Positions 29,726 through 39,229 are shown, counted from the stretch's first letter. The stretch: DNA of 64,000 nt from an uncultured Enterobacteriaceae bacterium (GCA_964479045.1 CAYZJI010000012.1:9321-73320); one strand, 5' to 3'. Numbers and translations: made by a program. Notes: generated by a model from the sequence alone, not told the origin.

Positions 29726-30368
29726 GATGAGTACCCTCAGACTTATTACAAGAATTTGTGGGGCTCAAGAGGTGACTTTGTGCTTCTGCCGCTTCCCTGA
29801 GAATTTCGAGGCAACTGCGCATAATCAATATTGCGATTGCAATACCGATTAACAAATCCGGCCACCGGCTGTTCATCAACATGACCAGAGCGCCTGAAAT
29901 AAATACACCAATATTCGCCAGCACATCGTTTTGAGAGCAGATATAAGCTGCTCGCAAATGAATCTTGTCTTTCCGGAAGCGGGCAAGGAGTTTAAGGCAG
30001 GTTATATTTGCGGCCAGTGCTAGGATACTCATCAGCAACATAATCTGGCTTTCTGGCTCGTTACCATAGATAAAACGGCGCAGTACATCAATAATGACAC
30101 TTGCAGCCAGTAATAAGAGCGACCATCCAAACAATGTGGTTGCACGGCTTTTCCAGTAATCCGGGCGCCCGATAGCATAGAGAGCGACACCGTATAAAGC
30201 AGCATCTGAAGCCATATCTAATGAATCGGCCAACAGACCACTGGAGTTTGCCCACAAACCGGCTGTGCCCTCAATCACAAACATCGTCGCATTGATAACG
30301 AGTACAATCCACAGTGTGCGGCGTTCCTCTGCGGTATGTAATTCAAATTCGCATTCACAGTTTGACAT
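29718..30368 (-). CDS. Cation diffusion facilitator lacking the cytoplasmic C-terminal domain
   Basis: LLADSLDMASD and SQNDVLANIGV; six TMs; only 216 aa. Confidence 0.85.
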   Translation of the reverse strand: MSNCECEFELHTAEERRTLWIVLVINATMFVIEGTAGLWANSSGLLADSLDMASDAALYGVALYAIGRPDYWKSRATTLFGWSLLLLAASVIIDVLRRFIYGNEPESQIMLLMSILALAANITCLKLLARFRKDKIHLRAAYICSQNDVLANIGVFISGALVMLMNSRWPDLLIGIAIAILIMRSCLEILREAAEAQSHLLSPTNSCNKSEGTHHD

Positions 30369-30377
30369 GTTGTCTCC

Positions 30378-31652
30378 TCAGTGCTCGTGTTCTGCTTCGT
30401 TCTTGCCAAGCTCTGCTTTCAGCAGAAAACTGTTTTGAGTAACGTACATGTCGCCGGGATTGATTCCCTCAAGCACTTCCACCCATGTGCGATCCTGCCG
30501 TCCTGCTTTGAGCGGACGGGCTTCAAATTCATCTTCATCAACACGAATGAAAACAACCGGCTCATTGTTAATGGTTTGTATGGCGGAAGGTTTTATCGCT
30601 ACCGGAACTTCAAATTTTTGTTCGGTGATTTCTGCTTCCACAAACTGACCGGGACGCCAGCGCTGGGACGTGTTATCCATCTGGATGTGAACAATAGCCT
30701 GCCGTGTATCTTCGCCTACCAGTGAACCAATGTAGGTCAGTGTGCCTTCATCTATCAGAGAACTGTTGACGCTGCGTACTGTTGCGCTCTGCCCGGTACT
30801 GAGTGTATCTATGATCTTTGGACTAACCGATACTGCGGCAATAACTGTGGCGAGGTCAGCAATGGTGAATACATTTTCATCTTCCGTTAAGGCTTCGCCG
30901 ATGACAGCATGTTTTTCAATCACCACGCCATCCATGGGAGCCCGTACTTCATAACGGTTAAGAGGCAGTTTTGGATCAGTGCCGATCCTGTTTATCGTTG
31001 AGATATCAAAACTGAGTGCCTGCAGAGCTTGTTCGGCTGCCCGCACTGCAATTTCCGCCTGGCTGCGCTCATTGCGCGCAGCCAAGTAATCCTGTTCAGC
31101 GGAAATTTTTTGTTCCCATAATTCAGCTTCACGAGCGTAAGTGGTATCAGCAAGATTAAGCTGTTGCCGTGCCACCAGATAATCACTCTTGAGTTCAGCG
31201 AGTTCGCGGCTTTCCAGCACGATCAATACATCACCCTTTTTGACATTGTCGCCAAGTTCGGTATTCACTTCAGTCACCACGCCTTTCAAACGTGGTACGA
31301 CATGGGCCTGTCGATCAGGATGAATTCGAACCTCGCCTGACAAAACAGATACAACGCTGATTTGTGCGGGAGTTACTACTTCGATTTGAATGCCCGATGA
31401 TTTTTGGACAGCAACGGGTATTACAATACGTCCTTCTTCTGATCCTGATGATGCCTTATCATGTTCATGAGCAGGGGTTGTTTCTGCCTCACCTTCAGTG
31501 TGTCCGGTGTTGTTTCTGTGATCATCAGCATCGTTGTTAGCCTGTACGGTTTCGATAAAGACAGGTGTCATGCTGTGGTCCGGCCATAGATACAAAATAC
31601 CGGCGAACACTAACGGAAATAAAATAATTATCGATATTAGCCTGCGTATCAT
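30378..31652 (-). CDS. czcB: CzcB-type membrane fusion protein
   Basis: His-rich N-terminal periplasmic region, RAPMDGVVIEKH and WRPGQFV. Confidence 0.9.
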   Translation of the reverse strand: MIRRLISIIILFPLVFAGILYLWPDHSMTPVFIETVQANNDADDHRNNTGHTEGEAETTPAHEHDKASSGSEEGRIVIPVAVQKSSGIQIEVVTPAQISVVSVLSGEVRIHPDRQAHVVPRLKGVVTEVNTELGDNVKKGDVLIVLESRELAELKSDYLVARQQLNLADTTYAREAELWEQKISAEQDYLAARNERSQAEIAVRAAEQALQALSFDISTINRIGTDPKLPLNRYEVRAPMDGVVIEKHAVIGEALTEDENVFTIADLATVIAAVSVSPKIIDTLSTGQSATVRSVNSSLIDEGTLTYIGSLVGEDTRQAIVHIQMDNTSQRWRPGQFVEAEITEQKFEVPVAIKPSAIQTINNEPVVFIRVDEDEFEARPLKAGRQDRTWVEVLEGINPGDMYVTQNSFLLKAELGKNEAEHEH

Positions 31653-32986
31653 GGTGTATTTCCTCCAACAGGACTGGCGAGTTCGCCCACCGTAGCAACA
31701 TCGGCATCTAACAAACGTCCGGCATCAGCTGCGGCAGCATGGTAGTTTTCGAGGGCGTTGATGTACTGAATGCGGGCATCAAAGAGGGTGCGTTGTGCAT
31801 CCAGTACATCCAGATAACTGAATTTACCGGCACGGTAGCCGGCGGTCATTGCTGTAAAAGCGTATTGTGCTGCAGGTAGAACCTCGTCACGAATGATATT
31901 GACTTCACTATAGGCTGCCTGTAGTTGCTGGTAGAGATCATGCAGCGCCGTGGTCAAGCGCAGACGTGTGGCGGTCTGATCAGCTGTTGCCGCCAATGCT
32001 TGATAACGTGCGGAAGCTATTTCGCCCTGATTGCGATTAAAGATGGGTAGCGGGACTGAAACGGTGGCAATCAATGCCGCATCATCGTCTTCCGCAAAAT
32101 GCCGGATACCCGCACCAATAGTGATGTCAGGTATTTTGTCTGCTTCAGCCAACTTCTGTTGGGCCTGTCTGAACTGGATTTCGGTATTCCAGCGCATCAG
32201 ATCCGGGTTGTTTTCCAATGTGGCCATAATGAGATCGAAATCCGGCAGAGGCGGGATATTTTCAATATCCGCTATAATTTCGCTGAATCCCGGTGTGCTT
32301 TCACCCCATTGGGCGGAAAGCCGTTTACGGGCGGCTGCTAGCTCAGCCTTGGCATGTGCAACTTCGATACGTGTGCTGGTGGCGGTGACCTGGGCACGGG
32401 ATTCTTCGATAGGTGATACTTTGCCGGCCTTGATCCGTTCTTTTACGTTATGTACGACTTCTTCGGCAAGCTTCACCAGTTCATCGGCGAGCGCAAGATG
32501 TTGTTGAGCGGCGGCCACTGCAACAAATTCCTTGCGGGTTGATGTTATGATGTCGAGACGTTTGGCTTCACGCTCCCAAACTGTTCGATCCCGATCCAGA
32601 CCGGCGGCGGTGATGCGCCGTGCACGTTTGCCACCAAGCTCGATCAACTGACTTATCTGCAAAGACGTTTCAGCAGACTCAAATCCGGAGCGGTTGCCAC
32701 CACCGGCAAAATTTTCAATTTCAAGACCCAATTCAGGATTCGGGATCAAGCCCGCCTGCAGCGTCCTTCCCTCGGCTGCAAGAATGTTACATTCCGCAGC
32801 AACGATATCCGGATGGTTCTTCAATGCTGATTCTATTGCCAGCATGAGCGTGATTGAGCCGGATGGGTAGTCAGCAGGCCAATCCCTACTGTCCGTACAA
32901 TTGTAATTGTCAGCATATGAAATGCTGGTTGTTATCAATAAAACAAGCATCAGTATGATGCGCGTTATTACAGGACATATACTCAT
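31649..32986 (-). CDS. czcC: CzcC-type outer-membrane factor
   Basis: QLIELGGKRARR, SVPLPIFNRNQG and LDVLDAQRTL; RBS GAGGAG before ATG 32986. Confidence 0.9.
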   Translation of the reverse strand: MSICPVITRIILMLVLLITTSISYADNYNCTDSRDWPADYPSGSITLMLAIESALKNHPDIVAAECNILAAEGRTLQAGLIPNPELGLEIENFAGGGNRSGFESAETSLQISQLIELGGKRARRITAAGLDRDRTVWEREAKRLDIITSTRKEFVAVAAAQQHLALADELVKLAEEVVHNVKERIKAGKVSPIEESRAQVTATSTRIEVAHAKAELAAARKRLSAQWGESTPGFSEIIADIENIPPLPDFDLIMATLENNPDLMRWNTEIQFRQAQQKLAEADKIPDITIGAGIRHFAEDDDAALIATVSVPLPIFNRNQGEIASARYQALAATADQTATRLRLTTALHDLYQQLQAAYSEVNIIRDEVLPAAQYAFTAMTAGYRAGKFSYLDVLDAQRTLFDARIQYINALENYHAAAADAGRLLDADVATVGELASPVGGNTP

Positions 32987-33163
32987 GTCCGAACTCCTCA
33001 AATTGGTTATGAAACCAGATACCCGGTTTCGCCATATAACTTGCGATGATGTGCAGCAAGCACATCAATACCAGGCTATACGGAAAAGATTCGTAGTGAT
33101 TTGCTTTGCATGATGCGAATAGGCATCACGCAGCAAAATCAGTTCTATGATTGATTGATGGGT

Positions 33164-33541
33164 TTAGGGGGAAGCGCGGGAAGGCGGCCGTAAAGTAAAA
33201 ATAACCGGCCGCAGAAAAAGGATAATAACTTCATGCCGGATAACCCGGAGAGCAAGGAGGGCTAACAATAATGAAACAAACAATACCAATGGCAGGAGAT
33301 CTGGTGTTAATTTGACCTTGGCAATCAGGCTGTGAAACTGCAAATCAATTTCACCCGACTGATCATGTGGCTGATCATGCGCATGCCCACCAAGGACATG
33401 CACTTGAGGAGCGCCTGTCGCCAGAAAATCATGGTTATGCATATGTAAATGTCCAAACTGCACGGTCAACATCAACAGTGATACCAGCACAAGCACATGC
33501 GTGCTGTAGGTGAAGCGGCGTAATAATTTCAACGGATTCAT
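33164..33541 (-). CDS. His-rich CzcI-like leader protein upstream of czcC
   Basis: TM helix, HLHMHNH..HAHDQPHD, second hydrophobic segment, ends LRPPSRASP. Confidence 0.65.
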   Translation of the reverse strand: MNPLKLLRRFTYSTHVLVLVSLLMLTVQFGHLHMHNHDFLATGAPQVHVLGGHAHDQPHDQSGEIDLQFHSLIAKVKLTPDLLPLVLFVSLLLALLALRVIRHEVIILFLRPVIFTLRPPSRASP

Positions 33542-33706
33542 CAGATAAATGTTGGTATCACCGTAAATCTAAGCCTAGACATGTTACTCCACATCTTCGT
33601 TATTTCAAATATTCTCGTGGCATCTTCGCTAGCAGTATTTTGTTAGAAACAACATCCGATTGAAAGCATCGCAAAAGCTGGAAGAGAAGCCACATTTATG
33701 CAAGGC

Positions 33707-33738
33707 TTGACTCTATAGTAGAGTACAGGGTCTATACT
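33707..33738 (+). promoter_or_regulatory. MerR-family-type promoter/operator (20-bp spacer)
   Basis: TTGACT-CTATAGTAGAGTACAGGGTC-TATACT; dyad ACTCTATAGTA/GAGTACAGGGT (7 of 11 match), similar to ZntR/CadR/PbrR operators. Confidence 0.8.
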
Positions 33739-33766
33739 TTAGACAGAACCATTGGTGGAGCTGGAT

Positions 33767-34168
33767 ATGAACAGTATGACCATCGGGCAGGTCGCCCGCA
33801 AAACCGGGCTCGGCATTGAGACCATCCGCTTTTATGAACGCAAGGGCCTGGTGCAGGAGCCGCAGCGTAAAGACAGCGGTTATCGTCAGTATCAGCAGCA
33901 AGATGTGGATCGCCTGCTGTTTATTCAGCAGGCGAAGACGCTTGGATTTACGCTGTCGGAAATCCATGAGTTACTGTCGTTGAAAGTGAGCCCGCACACA
34001 TCCAGCCGGGAAATCAAGAAAATTGCCCAGAGCAAACTGGCAGACATCGAAGCAAGGATCAAACTGCTGAAGCGCATGCAGCGCACGCTGAAAAAACTGG
34101 TGGAGCAATGTCCGGGCCATGGTCCTGCGGATCATTGTCCGATTCTGGAGGCACTGGGGAAAAAATGA
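33767..34168 (+). CDS. MerR-family heavy-metal-responsive regulator (CueR-like)
   Basis: MTIGQVARKTGLGIETIRFYERKGL HTH; C-terminal CPGHGPADHCPIL; Ser at the helix-5 position (HTSSREIK). Confidence 0.9.
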   Translation: MNSMTIGQVARKTGLGIETIRFYERKGLVQEPQRKDSGYRQYQQQDVDRLLFIQQAKTLGFTLSEIHELLSLKVSPHTSSREIKKIAQSKLADIEARIKLLKRMQRTLKKLVEQCPGHGPADHCPILEALGKK

Positions 34169-34294
34169 CCGGTCAGTCAAAGGCTTGAGAGTCAGGTTGC
34201 CAATATTTGGTTGATACTTGATTTGAATCAAATACAGGGATTATGAAAGGAGATAATTTAAATCATGAACTCGCGCTGAATGCGGGAGGTTTAT

Positions 34295-34663
34295 ATGGCT
34301 GCATTTCTTGGCGATATCGCATTTTTGCTTGGAGTTGTTGTCGCTGTTTCAGGGCTGTTTACTCTGCATAAGGCTTACGCTGATCCACGGCCCGTGTTGT
34401 TAAAAGTTGCAGGAATTGCCCTGCTGGTGACCGGCATTGGTACTGCGCTTTGTACAAGTTATTTTTATCTGAAATATCATTTTGCCGGAGATCTTGAACA
34501 TCCTTATCCGGCTATGATGCATGGTAAGGACGAAAACATGATGATGAAAAAAATGATGGAACAGCGCAATGAAAGTAAACAACCCCCCATGGTCTTGCCT
34601 GATCGGGAAGACTCTGTATTAACTCCGAAAACGCCCGATGCCGGTCATGATACTCATCATTGA
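34295..34663 (+). CDS. Two-TM membrane protein with Met/His-rich tail
   Basis: RBS GGAGG; two hydrophobic helices; MMHGKDENMMMKKMM...HDTHH. Confidence 0.7.
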   Translation: MAAFLGDIAFLLGVVVAVSGLFTLHKAYADPRPVLLKVAGIALLVTGIGTALCTSYFYLKYHFAGDLEHPYPAMMHGKDENMMMKKMMEQRNESKQPPMVLPDREDSVLTPKTPDAGHDTHH

Positions 34664-34804
34664 GTGAATCCAATTATGTATTTGTCGGAGACATCGCATT
34701 TTTATTCGCTAGTTGCAGGCAATCGATGCCCTATGAATGGTGATCGAAAAAAGACAACAGATCATTAGCTGACCGGGAACTCATCAACCCGAAGGAGATT
34801 TATC

Positions 34805-35059
34805 ATGACCAATTTCTGGAAATTACATGCATTTACGCTGGCTACAACGTTTGGTGTGGCATATGCCCTGTGCGCCATTTTTGATACGTTGTTTCCCCCT
34901 TATGGACTCCTTACAGGCCTTGCGTCGGTCAGTCCATGGCCGGTCTATGGAAGTCTCCTGGGATTTCTGTCTGGATTTTCAATGTTTATCGTTGCCGGTT
35001 TTGTGCTCGGCGCAGTTTACGGAATCGCATGGGGATTCTGGGGCAAGAAATTGTCATGA
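34805..35059 (+). CDS. Small two-TM hypothetical protein (DUF5676-like, tentative)
   Basis: RBS AAGGAG; two hydrophobic helices; family guess is weak. Confidence 0.6.
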   Translation: MTNFWKLHAFTLATTFGVAYALCAIFDTLFPPYGLLTGLASVSPWPVYGSLLGFLSGFSMFIVAGFVLGAVYGIAWGFWGKKLS

Positions 35060-35201
35060 GCATAAACATAAACAAATTCATCCAGTAGTCACTCTTTAAT
35101 ATGGAAAATATTGTTTGGCGTTTATCTGTACATGCTTGTTGTATGCAATGTAAATAGTTTTTATATATTGATGTTTATCTGAATCCGAGAGGCAAAATAA
35201 T

Positions 35202-37532
35202 ATGGAAATAGATCCGGTTTGTGGAATGCAGGTGGACGAAAAACAGTCTGCCGGCAAAGCTGAATATAACAATCAGACTTATTATTTTTGCTCTGCCGAT
35301 TGCAAGATTAAATTTCAGATGGAACCTGCAAGATTTGTTAAGGATCCATCAAAACAAACAGCTGTGCCTCCTGTGCATAAAGGGGCGATGCATGAACCAC
35401 CTGTGCACGCCCGCGGCGCGAAGGATCTTGCCAAGGATCCCATCTGCGGCATGATGGTTAACAAAGCTACATCGTTGCGTACTGAACGGGGTGGAAGAAC
35501 GTATTACTTCTGCAGCACAGGATGCCAGCGCACCTTCGAGTCGCCTGAGCAGGAACTCAAATCAATGAAAACGCGCGTTGCTATTGCGCTGACTGGCGTA
35601 TTGGCACTGGCCGTTATGCGTGCAGGTGCATTTATTGCCTTAGCGACCGGCGCAACGATTGTCACGTGGGTGCCTATTCCTCAGTTACCTTGGTTCACCT
35701 GGGGGATGTGGCTTTTTATCCTCGTTACGCCGGTGCAGTTTATCGGTGGCTGGGGTTTTTATGTCGGCGCATGGAATGCTGTTCGTACGCGCAGTATTAA
35801 TATGGATTTTCTGATCGCGCTCGGAACTTCTGTTGCCTACTTTTACAGCGTTGCAGTGCTGTTTTTCCCCGAGGGTCTTCCAGTCAAGGTTGAAGAGCGG
35901 GATGTGTATTTCGAAGTTTCTGCGGTAATTATTGCGTTCGTTCTGCTTGGTAAATACATGGAAGAGATAATCAAGACACGTTCCTCGGCAGCAGTCAGAA
36001 AGTTGCTCGATCTCAAGCCGGCTACGGCCAGTGTGGTGCGAAATGGTGTCGAAATGGAAGTGCCGGCGGAGAGTGTGATGGTAGATGAAATTTGTATCGT
36101 ACGGCCTGGCCAGAAATTGCCTACTGACGGTGTTGTGCTTGAAGGTACTTCTTCGGTGGACGAATCCATGTTGACGGGTGAATCAATGCCAGTTGGAAAA
36201 TCACCTGAATCACAGGTTATTGGCGGCACCATCAACCGCAGTGGTATGTTGCGTATACGGGCAACGCGCGTAGGCGCAGATACTGCTCTGGCACAAATCA
36301 TTCGCATGGTCGAGGAAGCGCAAAGTTCAACTGCGCAAATTCAGCGTATAGCAGATCAGGTCACGGGCTATTTTGTGCCGGCGGTAGTTGCCGTTGCATT
36401 ACTTGCTTTTTTCGGATGGTGGCTTGCAGGAAACTTCCCGCAAGGGTTGCTTGCATTTATTGCAGTCCTGATTATCGCTTGTCCCTGCGCACTTGGTGTG
36501 GCGACTCCGGCAGCCCTTATGGTCGGTGTAGGCAAAGGAGCTGAAGCAGGAATTCTGATTCGTGGTGCAGAGATACTCGAGCGTGCGCAAAAACTTACAA
36601 CAGTGGTATTCGACAAAACCGGCACGCTTACACGTGGAGAACCTAATATTACGGATGTGATCCCTTTCGCAGGAACGGATGAAAATACCGTGTTGCGTGT
36701 TGCAGCTAGCGTAGAAGTCGGATCAGAGCATCCATTGGGTGAAGCGATTGTACGTGGTGCCAGGCACAGGGGCCTGAATCTTGGCAAGGTGGAGAAATTC
36801 GAAGCTGTTGCAGGGCATGGCATCAAGGGCAAACTGGATGGTGTATCTGTCCTGCTTGGAAATCGAAGACACCTGAAAAAGGAAGGTGTCGATCCCGCAT
36901 CTGCTGAAGAAACCATGGTACGTCTCGAATCAGAAGGCAAAACAGCCATGCTGGTAGCATCAAACAATTCTCTCATCGGCATTATCGCAGTTGCCGATAC
37001 GCTTAAGCCCGAAGCAAAGGAGGCAATAGCGGCACTCAGGTCTGAAGAAATTGAAGTTGTGATGTTGACCGGAGATAACCGGCTTACCGCAAACGCAATT
37101 GGCCAAGAACTTGGAATCACACGTGTGATCGCAGAGGTCTTGCCTTCTGATAAAGTTGCTGTGATTCAGGATTTACAGAAGGGCGGCAATGCTGTTGCCA
37201 TGGTGGGCGATGGGGTTAACGATGCGCCTGCGCTGGCTACAGCACAGATTGGTATCGCCATTGGTTCGGGTTCAGATGTGGCAAAAGAGACTGGCGGTAT
37301 CATTCTGGTACGTAATGATGTACGTGACGTCGTTACGGCAATCCGGCTTTCGCGCGCTACGATGCGAAAGATCAAGCAGAACCTGTTCTGGGCATTCATC
37401 TACAATATTATCGGGATTCCTATAGCTGCTTTAGGTTTTCTCAATCCGATAATCGCCGCAGCAGCGATGGCGCTCAGCTCGCTATCAGTAATAGTAAATT
37501 CGGCATTGTTAAAGGGGATGAAACTCGCGTAA
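35202..37532 (+). CDS. copA: Cu(I)-translocating P1B-type ATPase with two N-terminal YHS domains
   Basis: DPVCGM and DPICGM YHS repeats; TGES, CPC, DKTGT, HP, GDGVND and YN..MALSS motifs. Confidence 0.92.
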   Translation: MEIDPVCGMQVDEKQSAGKAEYNNQTYYFCSADCKIKFQMEPARFVKDPSKQTAVPPVHKGAMHEPPVHARGAKDLAKDPICGMMVNKATSLRTERGGRTYYFCSTGCQRTFESPEQELKSMKTRVAIALTGVLALAVMRAGAFIALATGATIVTWVPIPQLPWFTWGMWLFILVTPVQFIGGWGFYVGAWNAVRTRSINMDFLIALGTSVAYFYSVAVLFFPEGLPVKVEERDVYFEVSAVIIAFVLLGKYMEEIIKTRSSAAVRKLLDLKPATASVVRNGVEMEVPAESVMVDEICIVRPGQKLPTDGVVLEGTSSVDESMLTGESMPVGKSPESQVIGGTINRSGMLRIRATRVGADTALAQIIRMVEEAQSSTAQIQRIADQVTGYFVPAVVAVALLAFFGWWLAGNFPQGLLAFIAVLIIACPCALGVATPAALMVGVGKGAEAGILIRGAEILERAQKLTTVVFDKTGTLTRGEPNITDVIPFAGTDENTVLRVAASVEVGSEHPLGEAIVRGARHRGLNLGKVEKFEAVAGHGIKGKLDGVSVLLGNRRHLKKEGVDPASAEETMVRLESEGKTAMLVASNNSLIGIIAVADTLKPEAKEAIAALRSEEIEVVMLTGDNRLTANAIGQELGITRVIAEVLPSDKVAVIQDLQKGGNAVAMVGDGVNDAPALATAQIGIAIGSGSDVAKETGGIILVRNDVRDVVTAIRLSRATMRKIKQNLFWAFIYNIIGIPIAALGFLNPIIAAAAMALSSLSVIVNSALLKGMKLA

Positions 37533-37570
37533 TCATAAATCCATTGTCAATCTGAAGAGGCAAACTGATT

Positions 37571-37873
37571 ATGTCACATCAACATATGGGTAACAGATAT
37601 TCGGGCTTTCGTAATCTTATTCCCTGGATTTTTCTAGGGATCATTCTTTTCTTTCTATTAGTGGAACACCGGGCACATTTATATGGAGTACTGCCATATC
37701 TTTTGTTATTAGCCTGTCCGCTGATGCATCTGTTTCATGGGCATGGCGGCCATGGCGGGCATGGTCAGCATCATGAGAATGATGATGGAAATATGAAACG
37801 CAAACACAGTGGCGGTTGCTGTGGCGGCGGCAGCGATGAGGAAAATTCCAGAACAGGGGAGGAGAAGCCATGA
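37571..37873 (+). CDS. DUF2933-like protein
   Basis: EHRAHLYGVLPYLLLLACPLMHLFHGHGGHG motif. Confidence 0.85.
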   Translation: MSHQHMGNRYSGFRNLIPWIFLGIILFFLLVEHRAHLYGVLPYLLLLACPLMHLFHGHGGHGGHGQHHENDDGNMKRKHSGGCCGGGSDEENSRTGEEKP

Positions 37874-38526
37874 CACATGAACCAGCATATGGGTTATGGA
37901 GTCTGGTAATTATTAACTCGCTGGTTTTTATTATCTTCGCGTTCAGTTTTGCCAAGCCAAAGACCAATATGGACTGGCGATCTCTCGGAGTTTTTTCCGC
38001 TTTTATTGTTGCCTTGTTTACCGAGATGTATGGATTTCCTTTATCGATCTATTTACTTTCCGGATGGCTTGCCAAAAATTATCCGGATGTTGATTTTTTC
38101 TCCCACGAAAGCGGCCATCTGTGGCATACCTTGCTGCGTATGGAAGGCGATGCCCATTATGATTTCCTGCATATTCTGAGCAATGTTTTGATTTTAGGCG
38201 GTTTCTGGCTGCTTGCCAGTGCCTGGAATGTGCTGTACAACGCGCAACAGACAGCCACACTGGCGACAACAGGCGCATACCGTTATGTGCGTCATCCGCA
38301 ATATCTTGCCTTTATCATAATAATGCTCGGTTTTCTTTTGCAGTGGCCGACGTTGCCTACGTTAATCATGTTTCCCATACTGGTTTATTTTTATATGCGG
38401 CTGGCGAAGCAGGAAGAGGATGCAGCACTTGCCCAGTTTGGAGATGTATATCAGGAATATATGCGGCGAACTCCCGCGTTTATTCCGGCTATAAATGAAT
38501 TGCTTCTGAAAAGGAATCAGATGTAA
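37870..38526 (+). CDS. Isoprenylcysteine carboxylmethyltransferase-family membrane protein
   Basis: LFTEMYGFPL, LATTGAYRYVRHPQY and EE..A..FG..Y..Y motifs. Confidence 0.88.
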   Translation: MTHEPAYGLWSLVIINSLVFIIFAFSFAKPKTNMDWRSLGVFSAFIVALFTEMYGFPLSIYLLSGWLAKNYPDVDFFSHESGHLWHTLLRMEGDAHYDFLHILSNVLILGGFWLLASAWNVLYNAQQTATLATTGAYRYVRHPQYLAFIIIMLGFLLQWPTLPTLIMFPILVYFYMRLAKQEEDAALAQFGDVYQEYMRRTPAFIPAINELLLKRNQM

Positions 38527-38533
38527 TAATTAA

Positions 38534-39229
38534 ATGATTTCAGATGAATATATCTGGATTGGCTGGTCATTGGCATTTCTCGTGCCGTGGTTGTTTCTGT
38601 ATTTTCTGTACCCGGTTCACAGAAAAGCAATGTTGTGGTCCAGTCTGTTTACCATGCTATTTGGCATTTCAGAACCATTGTTTGTTCCGGAATACTGGTC
38701 GCCACCCAGTTTGTTTGATTTGGCACTGAGAACAGGTTTTGATATTGAAAGTTTTATTTTTTGTTATGGTATCGGCGGAGTAGGCGCAGTATTGTATAAC
38801 GTTATAACAGGTTCAGTAATTGAACCAGTGCCTGTATCATATCGCCACTCTGGATTGCACAAATATCATAAGCTTGCACTCGCAGCGCCATTTATAATTT
38901 TTCTGCCATTCTATTTTTTGCCCTGGAATCCAATTTATCCGGCATTTGTTGCAATGATTACCGGAGCAATTGCAACAATATTATGCCGCCCTGATCTAAA
39001 AACCAAAACGTGGATTGGTGGCTTGCTGTTTCTTGGATACTACTGGATATATATTCTGGGTCTTGATTTTCTGTCTCCAGGGTATATAGAGCGTGTCTGG
39101 AATCTGGATGCATTATCCGGTGTGATGATATTTAATATACCTTTGGAGGAGCTGGTATTTGCATTTGCTTTTGGAATGTATTGGGCTGGAGTATATGAAC
39201 ATTTCAATTGGTTCAGAGATTCAAAATAA
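38534..39229 (+). CDS. Membrane protein with lycopene-cyclase-like domain repeats
   Basis: PEYWSPP, DIESFIF and IPLEELVFAF; multi-TM. Confidence 0.7.
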   Translation: MISDEYIWIGWSLAFLVPWLFLYFLYPVHRKAMLWSSLFTMLFGISEPLFVPEYWSPPSLFDLALRTGFDIESFIFCYGIGGVGAVLYNVITGSVIEPVPVSYRHSGLHKYHKLALAAPFIIFLPFYFLPWNPIYPAFVAMITGAIATILCRPDLKTKTWIGGLLFLGYYWIYILGLDFLSPGYIERVWNLDALSGVMIFNIPLEELVFAFAFGMYWAGVYEHFNWFRDSK

